DNA of 64,000 nt from an uncultured Acidobacteriota bacterium (GCA_963727765.1 CAVSGZ010000007.1:82826-146825), one strand, 5' to 3'; positions 34,370 through 44,251 are shown, numbered from the stretch's first letter. The notes: generated by a model from the sequence alone, not told the origin. Program-made: numbers and translations.

Positions 34370-36669
34370 CCCATCACCTGGCCGGCCATCCGCATCATGT
34401 AGTCGTGGTCGATGTAGGGGTCGTCGTCTTTGTGCCGCTCCATCAGCGCGAGCCGCGTGGTGAGGAGGGCGTGAAGGTTGCGGCCGTGAATCAGCGGCGA
34501 CTCGCCGAGGTCGGTCGTCGCCATGAACTCCACTGGGCCGTCGATAAGCGATAGCAGGCGCCGCGTGTTCTCCATCTCGCGCTCGATCGCGTCGGCGAGG
34601 CGGGCGCAGTGACGGGCCTTCGACGTGTCATCGGCAGCCTCGAGCCACCCGTAGACGCTCGCCACCCAGGCGGCGAGGTTGCGCTGCGTTTCGAGCCAGC
34701 AGCGGAGCGCCTTCAAGCGCGCCAGTTGGTCGGTGATGACGCCCGGCTTGCCGAGTTCCGCGGCCGCGCCGGAGAGCGGCTCGAGACGCGCGATCGCCGC
34801 GTCGAGCGGAGCGAAGACGCGGGCATCCATCCGCTCCACGTCCCTGCTCGCCTGCGCCGGCTCGATCAGGCGGAACAGCACGTCGCGGCTCAGGTCCACG
34901 TTGTTCGGGTTGTGCGGGGTGGTGCACATGAAGCGCTCGTAGTACGCGCGCTCCTCCGCGGGGATCGCCTCGATGTTCGGCACCAGCGGTCGCGCCCAGA
35001 GGCGGTACCACGCAAAGCCGATCGTCGAGTAGAGCGTGCAGATGTTCGGAAACGAGAGGATCGCGTCCTCGGCGAGGCGCCACGCATCGATGAGCGCCGG
35101 GGCATGTTCGTCGCCAGCCCAGGCGCGCGCTAGGCGGTCGATTTCGGCGTCGATGTCCATCCCGGGATCGAACTCGAAACGGCGGAGGATCTCGTGGTTG
35201 ACGTTGAACGGCACGATTTCGGGCGGACACGTGCCGCCAATCTGGGCGAGCTCCCGCACGCCGTTTCGATGGAGCAGGGCGAGGCGCGTGTGGGTCAGCG
35301 TCGGGTACGGCACGCCCAAGAGCGGCGCGAACATCTGGTGCGGGCCGACCGCGGTGTAGAAGTGAGCGGCGGACGACCGACCGCGAAGATCCGCCATCAG
35401 GGTCCGCTCACGCTCGTCGAACGCCTGCTGAAAAATCGTGCCGCTGTTGATCGAATGCGAATCGGGGTAGCGCGGGTGCGTGTAGGGCATCTGCCAGCCC
35501 CGAGCCACCAGCGACGTCGTCTCCACCTCCACGCCGTCGCCGAGACCCTTCCAGAGCGTGTCGTGCTCGCCCATGAACGACTCGAGGCGAGTGATCACGC
35601 GGAAGCCGGGCGACACGGTGCGGGCTGCGTCGCGGAGCGTGCGGAAGAAGAGGAGCGCGTGCTCGCCGGCGACGCGGGCGATGGCGTCGTGGTCGCGCCA
35701 TTCGCGGACCATGTAGGGGCCGCCGTTGCGCCCGACGTAGAGCGACGTCGTGTGCTCGAAGCCCGAGCCGCTGTCGTTGGTCCAGATGGTCAGGAACCCG
35801 AGATCCGGGACTTCCGCGAGCAGCTTCGTGAGCATCTCCGCGTAGTGGTCGCGGACCAGCGGGTGGGCCAGTGTCATCGTGTAGCGCGGCTTGAACGAGC
35901 GGAAGGGATGGTCCACGCGGGCGCCGCGGAGCATCGGGTACCTGGCGAAGAACTCCTCCGGCACCGACCGCGGTTCGAAGCAGAGCAGGCCCGGGATGAG
36001 GCCGTACTTGCGGGCCAGGGCGGCGTTTCGCTTGAGGAACGCCAGGTTCGCCGACAGGTAGTAGGGAGGATAGAGCCCGCAGTTCAGCGAGGAGTCGATG
36101 AACTGATCGAGCGCGGGGCAATAGGTATAGAACATCGGGTACACCTCGCCCTTGGGTCCTGTCTCGAGGCTCATGGGATAGGCGAGGCCGTTCACCTCGA
36201 TGTGGGTGAAGCCTGACGTGGCCAGGCGCCGCACGTAGGTATCTCGATTGAGGCCGTGCTGGATGCGGGCCTCTTGCGTCAGGAAGATGTCGTAGCACGA
36301 GCGGTTCCAGCTGAACGTCGGTTGGACCAGCAGCGCGCCGCCGGCAGGAAGCGGTTGTTCGCCGAGGACGTCAAAGACGTACATGGCGGCACCGAACAGG
36401 CCGGGAGCGGCTGTCGACTCGAGCAGGCCGGAGCCGTCCTCGCCGAACTCGGCCCGCACCGGCGCCGGGCCGTCGGAGGCGGCGCCCTGCGGCGCGCCCG
36501 CGACCCTGATGCGGAAAACTCCGGATTCGGCTCTGCCGGCTGTGGAGCCGACGGAGACCGGAGCACCGCTTCTCCGCTGCAGGTCCTCCGCCACCGTGCG
36601 GCACACGAGCGGGCAGCCCTCGTCGAGCGTGATCTCGCGAATGCGAGCGAGTGCTTCTGCGACTGTCAT
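34366..36669 (-). CDS. 767-aa conserved-looking protein of unknown function (possible TIM-barrel glycan-active enzyme)
   Basis: Long uninterrupted ORF with balanced composition. Segments GFTHIEVNGL, LLCFEPRSVPEEFF and LTIWTNDSGSGFEH suggest beta/alpha-barrel strands ending in acidic residues. No signal peptide. Confidence 0.7.
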   Translation of the reverse strand: MTVAEALARIREITLDEGCPLVCRTVAEDLQRRSGAPVSVGSTAGRAESGVFRIRVAGAPQGAASDGPAPVRAEFGEDGSGLLESTAAPGLFGAAMYVFDVLGEQPLPAGGALLVQPTFSWNRSCYDIFLTQEARIQHGLNRDTYVRRLATSGFTHIEVNGLAYPMSLETGPKGEVYPMFYTYCPALDQFIDSSLNCGLYPPYYLSANLAFLKRNAALARKYGLIPGLLCFEPRSVPEEFFARYPMLRGARVDHPFRSFKPRYTMTLAHPLVRDHYAEMLTKLLAEVPDLGFLTIWTNDSGSGFEHTTSLYVGRNGGPYMVREWRDHDAIARVAGEHALLFFRTLRDAARTVSPGFRVITRLESFMGEHDTLWKGLGDGVEVETTSLVARGWQMPYTHPRYPDSHSINSGTIFQQAFDERERTLMADLRGRSSAAHFYTAVGPHQMFAPLLGVPYPTLTHTRLALLHRNGVRELAQIGGTCPPEIVPFNVNHEILRRFEFDPGMDIDAEIDRLARAWAGDEHAPALIDAWRLAEDAILSFPNICTLYSTIGFAWYRLWARPLVPNIEAIPAEERAYYERFMCTTPHNPNNVDLSRDVLFRLIEPAQASRDVERMDARVFAPLDAAIARLEPLSGAAAELGKPGVITDQLARLKALRCWLETQRNLAAWVASVYGWLEAADDTSKARHCARLADAIEREMENTRRLLSLIDGPVEFMATTDLGESPLIHGRNLHALLTTRLALMERHKDDDPYIDHDYMMRMAGQVMG

Positions 36670-36687
36670 AACGTCAATCCGTCACAT

Positions 36688-36716
36688 CAGATAGCGCAGG
36701 GCTTCAGCCCTGCGCC
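36688..36716 (+). repeat. REP-like palindromic element, copy C
   Basis: CAGATAGCGCAGGGCTTCAGCCCTGCGCC, with stem GCGCAGGGC/GCCCTGCGC and loop TTCA. Nearly identical to the two copies at 45310-45387, in opposite genomic orientation. Contains the stop codon (36704-36706) of the PLP-enzyme gene. Confidence 0.75.
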
Positions 36717-37993
36717 TGGACCGCGACCTCCCTGATCAGCCTGTCCACTTCCGCGTCGGTGTTGCAGACGTGGAAGGACGCGCGAACGGCGTCGAGCCCC
36801 GCTTCGGTCACGCTGCGGACGCGGAGGCGTCGCCCGGTCAGCGCACCTGCCACCTGCCGGTTGTCGCGCCCGGGAATCCTGAACGTCACCATGGCCGATC
36901 GGGCCTCGGGCTCGGCCGGCGAGAGCAGGTCCACTGACTTCTGCGCCTGGAGCGCGCTGCGGAACCGCTCGGCCATCGCCTGGTTGTGCTGCCAGATCCT
37001 CGGCAGGCCGAGGGCCGCGACGAAGTCCATCGCCGATTCGATGCCGTAGATGAGCGCGGCGTTCTGTGTCCCGTACTCAAACCGCTGAGCCTCGGTTCGA
37101 AGCGTCAGCTTCCGTTCCGCCAGCGACGTCGCCTGGTCCGAGTAGGCGCCGAGGACGACCGACCCCACCTCCGGCAGGCGGTCCTTCCGGACGTACAGAA
37201 TGCCCGTCCGTTTCGGGCCCATCAGGAACTTGTGGCAGCTTGCGGCGTAGCAGTGTGCGCCGGTTGCCGCGATGTCGATCGGAAACTGCGCCAGCGACTG
37301 CGCGCCATCCAGGGCGAACCACACGCGCCGCTCGGCGGCGAGGCGGCCGATCTCGGCCACCGGCAGGATCTGCCCGGTCGTGCACGTCACGTGACTGACG
37401 AAGATCAGACGCGTGCGAGGCGTCAGCAGCGCGCGAATGCGTTCCACGCTGCCCGTCCGGGTGCCGAGGTCGGGCTCGAATGTCCGCACGACGATGCCGG
37501 CGGTGCTGATCTTGTGGAGCAGCGGGATGACCAGCGCCGGGTGTTCGTGCGTCGAGGTGATGACCTCGTCGCCAGCCTCGAGCGGCAGGCCGTTGAGGAC
37601 GATGTTGATGCCCTCGGTGGCCGTGCTCACCAGCGCGATTTCTCCTGCCGAGCACGAGGGCCCCAGCAGCGACGCGCACTTGCCGCGAATCCGCGTCCAG
37701 TCACTCTCGCTGTGGCCCGGGCTTGGAGACCGTTCCTCCCTGTCCATCTCCGACTTGACCCGGTCGCTGACCGCGCGCGGCGAGGCACCAAGTCCTGCGG
37801 TGTTGAAATACGCGTAGTCAGCCGGGAGTTGGAACTGCTGCCGAAGATCGCGCCACGGGTCTGACGTCGCCTGGAGGCGGTGCGCGACGTCACTCGCAAC
37901 AGTGCCGGCCGCATCGGGCGGGAGCATCAAGGCGCCGGCGGCAGCACCGAGGCCCGCCAGGAAGCCGCGTCGTTCGATCATCGTGTCCGCCAT
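36704..37993 (-). CDS. class V aminotransferase-fold PLP enzyme with twin-arginine (Tat) signal
   Basis: ATG 37993 within track ORF 36704..38284. MADTMIERRGFLAGLGAAAGALMLPP (RR motif). PLP-lysine motif ASCHKFLMGPKRTG. Cysteine-desulfurase/epimerase-like fold. Confidence 0.8.
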   Translation of the reverse strand: MADTMIERRGFLAGLGAAAGALMLPPDAAGTVASDVAHRLQATSDPWRDLRQQFQLPADYAYFNTAGLGASPRAVSDRVKSEMDREERSPSPGHSESDWTRIRGKCASLLGPSCSAGEIALVSTATEGINIVLNGLPLEAGDEVITSTHEHPALVIPLLHKISTAGIVVRTFEPDLGTRTGSVERIRALLTPRTRLIFVSHVTCTTGQILPVAEIGRLAAERRVWFALDGAQSLAQFPIDIAATGAHCYAASCHKFLMGPKRTGILYVRKDRLPEVGSVVLGAYSDQATSLAERKLTLRTEAQRFEYGTQNAALIYGIESAMDFVAALGLPRIWQHNQAMAERFRSALQAQKSVDLLSPAEPEARSAMVTFRIPGRDNRQVAGALTGRRLRVRSVTEAGLDAVRASFHVCNTDAEVDRLIREVAVQAQG

Positions 37994-39582
37994 CACTGAA
38001 GTGCGATCGTGAAGCCGGCGGTTCCGTCCACGTGAGTCTCGAAGTCGGCGTACCGGCTGGCCTCGACCACGGACTGGGCGAACGGCACATCGCGCGCGCC
38101 ATGCCGCACAGCGCAAACGTCTGAGCCGGCCGGGAGCAGCACGTGGAGCCGCACGTCGGCCGCGGCCGCCTCGACCTCGATATCGATCCGGTCGCCGGCG
38201 TGCCGGAACGAGTAGCCGATCCCCCGCCCCGACGCCGCGTAGCGGACCGACGCCTCCGCTTCGGAGAGGCCGGCGGCCACCCATCGCGGCGCCAGCGTCA
38301 CCGCGTCAAAACCGCAGCCGTCGTCCACGATCCCCGCGAGGCCTTCGACCAGCGCCCAGAGCATGGCGCTCGATCCCCACCCGTCGGTGGGCAGCGCCTC
38401 CGGGCTCGTGCTGGTCTCGACGCTGGCCGCGGCCCCGTCGGGGAAATACCACAGGTAGGTCTCGCCCTTCGGCGAGATGAGCCGGTGGTACTGCTCGAGG
38501 ATCTCGATGCCGTACGCTTCGAACCCGTGCTCGAAAGCCGCGCGGGCCAGCTCGCCGCCGACGAGCGGCATGATCCCGCCATTGCAGTAGGCCCCGGCGA
38601 CCAGGCGCTCGTCGCCGAAGATGCCGTCGGGAAACGGCGGGTCGATGGCAAACCACTCCGCGAACGCGCCGGTGGACTGGCGCCGGCGAAGGTACTCGCG
38701 GAGGATCGACGCCGCCTGCTCGTGGTCGGCCACCCCGCGGTTAACGTCCATCGGGTTGCTCAGGCTGAGCTGCGACGACTCGTCCACGCCCTCGATGGTG
38801 ACCGGCGTCAGCTTCACGAAGTGCGTGTAGAAGCGACCGTTCCAGCACGCCCGATTGAGGTTGGTCCGAATCTCGACCGCACGGTCTTCCCAATACGCGC
38901 CGCGCGCGGCGTCACCGAGGCGTCGGCAAAGCCTCGCCAACAGGCGATACGCCTCGTAGTAGCCGCTGTTGTCGCCGTGCATCAGGCCCCAGTACGTGTC
39001 GTCGGTAATCTGGAACTGCAGCCAGTCGTGCCGTCCTGCCGTGTACGCGAAATCCCAGGTGTCGATGGTGTAGGCCCGCTTCACGAGGCCGTGCGTCTCG
39101 TCCCAGTACCACGGGTGGTTCCGGATGTAGGCCATCGCCCGCTCGAGGCTGGGCAGCAGACCGCGAATCCAGGCGTCGTCGCCCGACGCCTGCCAGGCGA
39201 GGTAGGCGCCCTTGACGAAGCGATACTCGACGTCGGCCTCGACCGGGACGCGCACGTACTTCGTCCAGTTCTCGCGTTCGCTCGGCGGCTTCTCGGGAAA
39301 CGTCGTGTAGTAATCGAATACGCGACCCGTCGCGGCCTGCGTGTCGGCGAAGTGCTGCACGGCGCTCGTGAGGTCGGGCTCGAAGTACCGGAACCCGCGC
39401 ATCATGTCGCTGTGGTCGCGGATCCAGATCGACTTGGCGTCGGGCGTGCGGTAGCCGCGGATCCGCCGGCCGTCGATCGTCAGGTCCAGCCGGTCGTGCT
39501 CCAGGAACGCCCGGACCGCGGGGTAGAGGTCGTCGAACGCCGGCCGCCCGGTTCTGATCGAGACCTCACTTGCTTGGCGCAT
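37993..39582 (-). CDS. (alpha/alpha)6-barrel glycoside-hydrolase-like protein (family not assignable by eye)
   Basis: 529 aa, no signal peptide. ...AYCNGGIMPLVGGELARAAFEHG... and ...TDGWGSSAMLWALVEGLAGI... are typical of six-hairpin glycosidases. Its stop shares one base with the downstream start. Confidence 0.6.
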   Translation of the reverse strand: MRQASEVSIRTGRPAFDDLYPAVRAFLEHDRLDLTIDGRRIRGYRTPDAKSIWIRDHSDMMRGFRYFEPDLTSAVQHFADTQAATGRVFDYYTTFPEKPPSERENWTKYVRVPVEADVEYRFVKGAYLAWQASGDDAWIRGLLPSLERAMAYIRNHPWYWDETHGLVKRAYTIDTWDFAYTAGRHDWLQFQITDDTYWGLMHGDNSGYYEAYRLLARLCRRLGDAARGAYWEDRAVEIRTNLNRACWNGRFYTHFVKLTPVTIEGVDESSQLSLSNPMDVNRGVADHEQAASILREYLRRRQSTGAFAEWFAIDPPFPDGIFGDERLVAGAYCNGGIMPLVGGELARAAFEHGFEAYGIEILEQYHRLISPKGETYLWYFPDGAAASVETSTSPEALPTDGWGSSAMLWALVEGLAGIVDDGCGFDAVTLAPRWVAAGLSEAEASVRYAASGRGIGYSFRHAGDRIDIEVEAAAADVRLHVLLPAGSDVCAVRHGARDVPFAQSVVEASRYADFETHVDGTAGFTIALQ

Positions 39583-41986
39583 CGATGGTCACCGTGTCGC
39601 GGAAATACCGGACCTTGTCCACGCCGGCCGTGTCGGTCGAGGCGTCGAACGGGAGCCCGTGGAACGACAGCCCGTTCTGGAACAGCACGCGATCGCCATA
39701 CTGGGCGCGGGTCATGTTGACGATGCTGTAGGTGAGCTGGCGGCCTTCTTCCGAGAGAAAGACCAGGTCGCCGTCGGTCAGCACTGGCCCGTAGCCGATC
39801 TTGCCCTTCTCGAACAGGTAGCGCGGGCGCCGGTAGTCGCGCGCGATGTCGAGGCGGAGATCCTGCTTCGCGCCGATGATGATCCGTCGCCCGCCGGCCT
39901 CGATCTGGACCGCCAGGCCCGACGCGGTCGGCACGGTCTCGACCAGCGAAACCCGCCGGGCAAGCTCGGCCGGCGCCACGTCCTTGGCATGCGGGATGAG
40001 CACCGTCACCATTCCCTCGGTCTGGGTCGGCTCGAAGTGCCGCGCCACCGCCTGGTAGATCGCCAACTCGTCCTGGCCGTGGCGCTTCTGCGGTTCCACA
40101 CCTTCCATTCGGAAGTGGCTCTGTGGGAACACGATCAGCAGGCGCTTGGCATCCGGGAACGCCGTGGCTCCGACGACGTCGTACGCCGTGTCGTACCAGT
40201 GGTCCCCGCGCGCGACGATCTGGCGTGTGTGCCAGAGATTGGCCAGCGTGAAGTACTCCGTGGCCCTCGACTTGAACACGTCGAAGACGACGAACATCTC
40301 GGGGTCCTTCAGGTAGATGACCACGCGGTCGGCGTCGTAGCCCCAGCCATCATCGAGCAATCGTGTCCGCGCGTAGTCGAACTCCGGCTGCTGCAGGAAG
40401 TCCACCTTGCGCGTGCGCACGGGCCGGTACGAGCCCGCGTCGCGCATGAACTCGAGCAGCGGCTGCTGCGGGATGGGCCCCTTCTGGCTGTAGCGTTCCT
40501 CGTTCGCCTTCTGGCCCATCCAGATCTTCTCGGGGCGCACGCACAGGCGGTTGTGGAAGTAGTCCTGGCGATAGGCACCGTACGGGCCGCTCGGCATGTA
40601 GTCGCGGTACCCGCCGTCGTGGAGCAGCAGCGACCCGCCGCTCATCAGCATGGGGATGCTGTTCTCGTCGGCGTGGCCGTGCGTCATCTTCTCTTCCTCG
40701 ACCGGGATGCTGTCGCGGAGGTAGTCGCGGAAGTTCATCCCGCCGTCGCCCTCATCGCGATAGGTCAGCAGCAGGTAGGTGGAGTCGGGCTTCCAGCCGT
40801 TTCGAAAGACCACCTTCTTGCCCTGCACGTCCTCCATGACTTCGCCGCTCAGGCTCACGGGCGCGCGTGGGGCGATGTCGTCGCGGCCCCAGCGATACGC
40901 GTCGAGCAGGAAGCACCCGAGGCCGGCGCTGGTGGGCCTGGTCAGATCGACGTACCGCGCGGCGATGCGCTGGGCCGCCCACTTCAGCTCGGGGTCGTTC
41001 AGCCGGGCGGCCGCCGTTTCGAAGAACACCAGGAAGTGCTGCCAGTTCTGGGACCAGGCCGCGTCGCCGAAGTCAGGCACCATGTCGCCCGGCGACATCA
41101 GGTTGAGGAAGTACTGGGCGTAGTAGAACACCTCCGGGGTTCGGAAGAGGTCCCCGGTCCTGTCGAGCGCGTCCGCATAGCCGAGCAGCGAGTAGAGCCA
41201 GACGCCGTGGTAGATGGTGGCGTCCTCGATTTCCCAGTGGCCCCAGTTGTCGTCGCCGAGCGCGCGGCGCTGCAGTTCCCAGCGTGCGGCGCGGGGATGC
41301 TTCGGCATCGCGCGAACGGCCCACGCCAGCGTCTCCGCGCGCAGCATCGCGCGGTTCATGGCGCCCCACTCCGAGGTCTGCAGCAGGTAGTCGATGCTGT
41401 GGCCGGCCAGCGCCTCGATCTTCGCGGCCTCGGCCGGCGTGAGCTGACCGAGCCGGTGAAGCGTGTCGTAGGCCCGGAGGTAGCGCATGACGACGAAGAA
41501 GTCGGGGAGCGCGGGCACGCCGTTCGCGTAGTCGGGCCGCGCCTTCGCCGCCAACTCGGGGTACTGGGACCGGTAGTCGCCGTACGTGAGCAGCACGTGT
41601 TTGGTGCGCTCGGCGTAGACGGGGTTGCGCTCCAGCTCGTAGAGCGTCGAATAGATGGCGGCCAGGTCGATCAGGTCCCCCGGCCCCCGGTAGCCGAACG
41701 GGCTGGCCGGGTCGAACGTCTGCCGCCAGCGAGCGAGGTTTTCCTCGCGATGGTCCCAGGCGTAGTCAGCCGATGCGCGGGCGTAGGCCAGGTAGTCGGC
41801 GCGCGTGACGGCGATGCCCGGCGCCACGGCCGTTCGTGCTGCCGCGGCCTGTTTGCCCTTCGCCTGGGGCTTCTGCCCCGTTACCGATCCGACCGACGCT
41901 GCCGATTGTGCATCGAGGCTCCGGAGCGCGGCACCGGCCGCGACCACGAGAACGCCCGCCGCAATGAGTGTGCTGACGCCGCGCAT
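39566..41986 (-). CDS. secreted heparinase II/III-like (polysaccharide-lyase-like) protein
   Basis: Signal peptide MRGVSTLIAAGVLVVAAGAALRSLDAQS. An alpha/alpha toroid-like N-half, then THGHADENSIPMLMSGGSLLLHDGGY, which resembles the heparinase II/III C-domain motif. Confidence 0.6.
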   Translation of the reverse strand: MRGVSTLIAAGVLVVAAGAALRSLDAQSAASVGSVTGQKPQAKGKQAAAARTAVAPGIAVTRADYLAYARASADYAWDHREENLARWRQTFDPASPFGYRGPGDLIDLAAIYSTLYELERNPVYAERTKHVLLTYGDYRSQYPELAAKARPDYANGVPALPDFFVVMRYLRAYDTLHRLGQLTPAEAAKIEALAGHSIDYLLQTSEWGAMNRAMLRAETLAWAVRAMPKHPRAARWELQRRALGDDNWGHWEIEDATIYHGVWLYSLLGYADALDRTGDLFRTPEVFYYAQYFLNLMSPGDMVPDFGDAAWSQNWQHFLVFFETAAARLNDPELKWAAQRIAARYVDLTRPTSAGLGCFLLDAYRWGRDDIAPRAPVSLSGEVMEDVQGKKVVFRNGWKPDSTYLLLTYRDEGDGGMNFRDYLRDSIPVEEEKMTHGHADENSIPMLMSGGSLLLHDGGYRDYMPSGPYGAYRQDYFHNRLCVRPEKIWMGQKANEERYSQKGPIPQQPLLEFMRDAGSYRPVRTRKVDFLQQPEFDYARTRLLDDGWGYDADRVVIYLKDPEMFVVFDVFKSRATEYFTLANLWHTRQIVARGDHWYDTAYDVVGATAFPDAKRLLIVFPQSHFRMEGVEPQKRHGQDELAIYQAVARHFEPTQTEGMVTVLIPHAKDVAPAELARRVSLVETVPTASGLAVQIEAGGRRIIIGAKQDLRLDIARDYRRPRYLFEKGKIGYGPVLTDGDLVFLSEEGRQLTYSIVNMTRAQYGDRVLFQNGLSFHGLPFDASTDTAGVDKVRYFRDTVTIDAPSK

Positions 41987-41989
41987 GTC

Positions 41990-43000
41990 TCACCTCTCTC
42001 CATCGAACGCCTGCCAGCAGCTGAACACCTCGAGCACGTTTTCCGGACGGGCGCCGGGTCCGAACTCGCACTGGGCGATGACACCGCCGTTGGCGTAGAG
42101 GTACCGCTTCACGTCGCCGACCGCGCGCCTGACGTCCTCGAGCGATCCAAACGACAGGACCGCCTGCCGGTCGATCTCCCCCCAGAAGGTAATCTGTCCG
42201 CGGAACCGACTGAGGGCCTCGGCGCCCATGCAGGCCACCTGGCTGTTGATCGCGTGGACGCCGACCTCGATGAGATCGGGCAGGATGTCCACGATCCAGC
42301 CGTCGGAATGCATGAAGACGAACTTGCCGGCCCGCCGCGCAACGTCGCAGTACTGCCTGTAGATCGGTTTGTAGAGCTCGCGCCAGATAGCCGGCGACAC
42401 CAGCATGCGGTCCTGGGCGCCCCAGTCGTCCATCAGCACGATCGCATCGACATCGGTCGCCGCCCACGCTTCGACCTCGGCGAGGTAGTGATGGTGCAGG
42501 CGCTCGAACAAGTCCATGAAGCCGGGCGGACGGGTGAACAGGTCCACCAGGGCCCCTTCCATGGTCCTCAGAAAGCACAGCCGTTCGAACGGCCTGACCA
42601 GCGTGCCCGCCAGCACGAATTGGTCCGTCGAACGGCAGAACGCGTTCACCGCTCCGCGATCGATGGCCAGTGTGCACGCAGGCGTCTCGAAGCGCTCGAG
42701 GTCGCTCCATTCCCTGATCAACGGTTCGCGGACGATGCCGATCACCCCGCCGTGGACGTTGTCGAACCGGCAGCCCCACTCGTCGACGTAGAGGCCCTTC
42801 TGGTAGCGCTGGCCCACGACCGGCAGCGGCCGCAGGTAGAGGCCGGGCGACGTGACGATGTCGTCCGGAAATTCGGTCCTGAGACGGGTGACCTCCTCGG
42901 GGTAGCGCTCCTCGGCCCATGGCAGCACCCAAGCCTGGCGCGGCACGGCCGGCGGGGAAGCGAATTCGAGCGACTGTCGCACCAGGTCACGCCGCCTCAT
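41990..43000 (-). CDS. URO-D superfamily protein, paralogue 2
   Basis: 336 aa. ...DAIVLMDDWGAQDRMLVSPAIWRELYKPIYRQYCDVARRAGKFVFMHSDGWIVDILPDLIEVGVHAINS... (URO-D/MtaA-like). ATGA overlap with the upstream gene. Confidence 0.65.
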   Translation of the reverse strand: MRRRDLVRQSLEFASPPAVPRQAWVLPWAEERYPEEVTRLRTEFPDDIVTSPGLYLRPLPVVGQRYQKGLYVDEWGCRFDNVHGGVIGIVREPLIREWSDLERFETPACTLAIDRGAVNAFCRSTDQFVLAGTLVRPFERLCFLRTMEGALVDLFTRPPGFMDLFERLHHHYLAEVEAWAATDVDAIVLMDDWGAQDRMLVSPAIWRELYKPIYRQYCDVARRAGKFVFMHSDGWIVDILPDLIEVGVHAINSQVACMGAEALSRFRGQITFWGEIDRQAVLSFGSLEDVRRAVGDVKRYLYANGGVIAQCEFGPGARPENVLEVFSCWQAFDGER

Positions 43001-44251
43001 CGACTCCTCCCGCCCGCACGCCCAGGACCGCCGCGGGGATACGCGTCGTAGCCGTCGAGATCCACCGGCACACCGGCTCGCGCCCAGCTGATGTCCGCCT
43101 CGGACGGGAGCAGGTGCCGCTCATGGCATCGGCTCAGCGTCTCGTCCAATTCCGGCACGAAGCGTCGCCCCGCCTGGTCGTCGCTGACCACGACCGCATC
43201 CGGGAACGAGATCGGCTCGCACACCGATTCGTGCATGCCGTTGACGACCAGCGTCTGGGCCAGGGCCGCCTCCGGACCGCAGACGACCGTCGCCGGAGAT
43301 CGTATCGCGCTGACGGCATCGAACAGCTTCTTGAACTGCGGGCTGTCGTCTGGGGCGCCGTAGCGCTTGACGTGACCCGCCGCGTCGCGTGCGATGATAC
43401 CTCCCGCCATCGCGTCGAACGTCACCGATGCCGTTTCGAACTCGAGCGTGAAGCGCGGCTCGATGGCGGTCTCGGTGACGTGCGAGGCGTACATCAGGAC
43501 TTCCAGCCCGGTATCGGTCGTCACTCGACAGGCCGCGGTATCGCACGATTCGATTGGGTAGGCACGGTACAACTCGGCCTGCACGGTGCGCGGCCTGGCG
43601 CTCAGGTGGATGTCCGGGCCGCCGAGATAGAGCAGGTTGTGGAGAAAGTGGGCCATCGCGTTGTTCGCCGGTCCGTCGAGCACCCACCTGCCCGTCGCCG
43701 GGTCCCTCAGCCGTCCTGCCCACTGGTTCCGCTGATAGTACGACAGGTGACGTGGCCAGCAGCACAGTGTCGAGAAGCGGGCGGGGCGACCGAACAGCCC
43801 GGCGAGGATGTCTCGCTTCAGGGCCTGAATGGCCGTCGAGTACCGACCACTGGTAGCCGACCATCACGAAGCGGCCCGAGCGATCGCGCGTCGAGATCAG
43901 TTGCGTCGCCTCCTGCACGGTCGCGCCGAGCGGCTTGTCGCAGAGCACGTGAGACCCGTGCTCGAGCGCGGTGCAGGACTGGGGGACGTGATGTTGAATC
44001 GGGGACACGATGACCGCGAGGTCGGCCTCGTGTCCGGCCGCATAGAAATCGGCCACCTCGCCGAAGACCGGCACGCCTCGCGCCTCCACCCACGACCAGG
44101 CCCGCGACGCTCGCGCCTCCGGGTCCACCACTCCGGCCAGAATCGCCCGCTCCGCCGGAACCTCCTCGAGGAGCGTCTGCAGGTAGTAGTGGCCGTAGCC
44201 GCCAATCGCGACCATGAGCACCCGGACGGGGTTTTCCTTCCCGAGCATCAT
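42997..44251 (-). pseudogene. Gfo/Idh/MocA-family oxidoreductase, single-nt frameshift as read
   Basis: N-part from track ORF 43121..44251 (VLMVAIGGYGHYY, VLCDKPLG). C-part in the frame of ORF 42997..43683. Joins as ...FVMVGYQWS/YSTAIQALKRDILAGLFGRPARFSTLCCWPRHLSYYQRNQWAGRLRDPATGRWVLDGPANN.... One extra base near 43843-43846. Confidence 0.75.

Noticed and set aside
39659-43051. 1130-aa plus-strand ORF, the longest in the track
   Set aside because: It runs antisense across three minus-strand genes that have recognisable domains and coupled starts and stops (lyase-like, URO-D-like, Gfo/Idh/MocA). Its translation is Arg/Ala/Gly/Pro/Val-rich with no motifs. This is the typical stop-free antisense frame of a high-GC genome.
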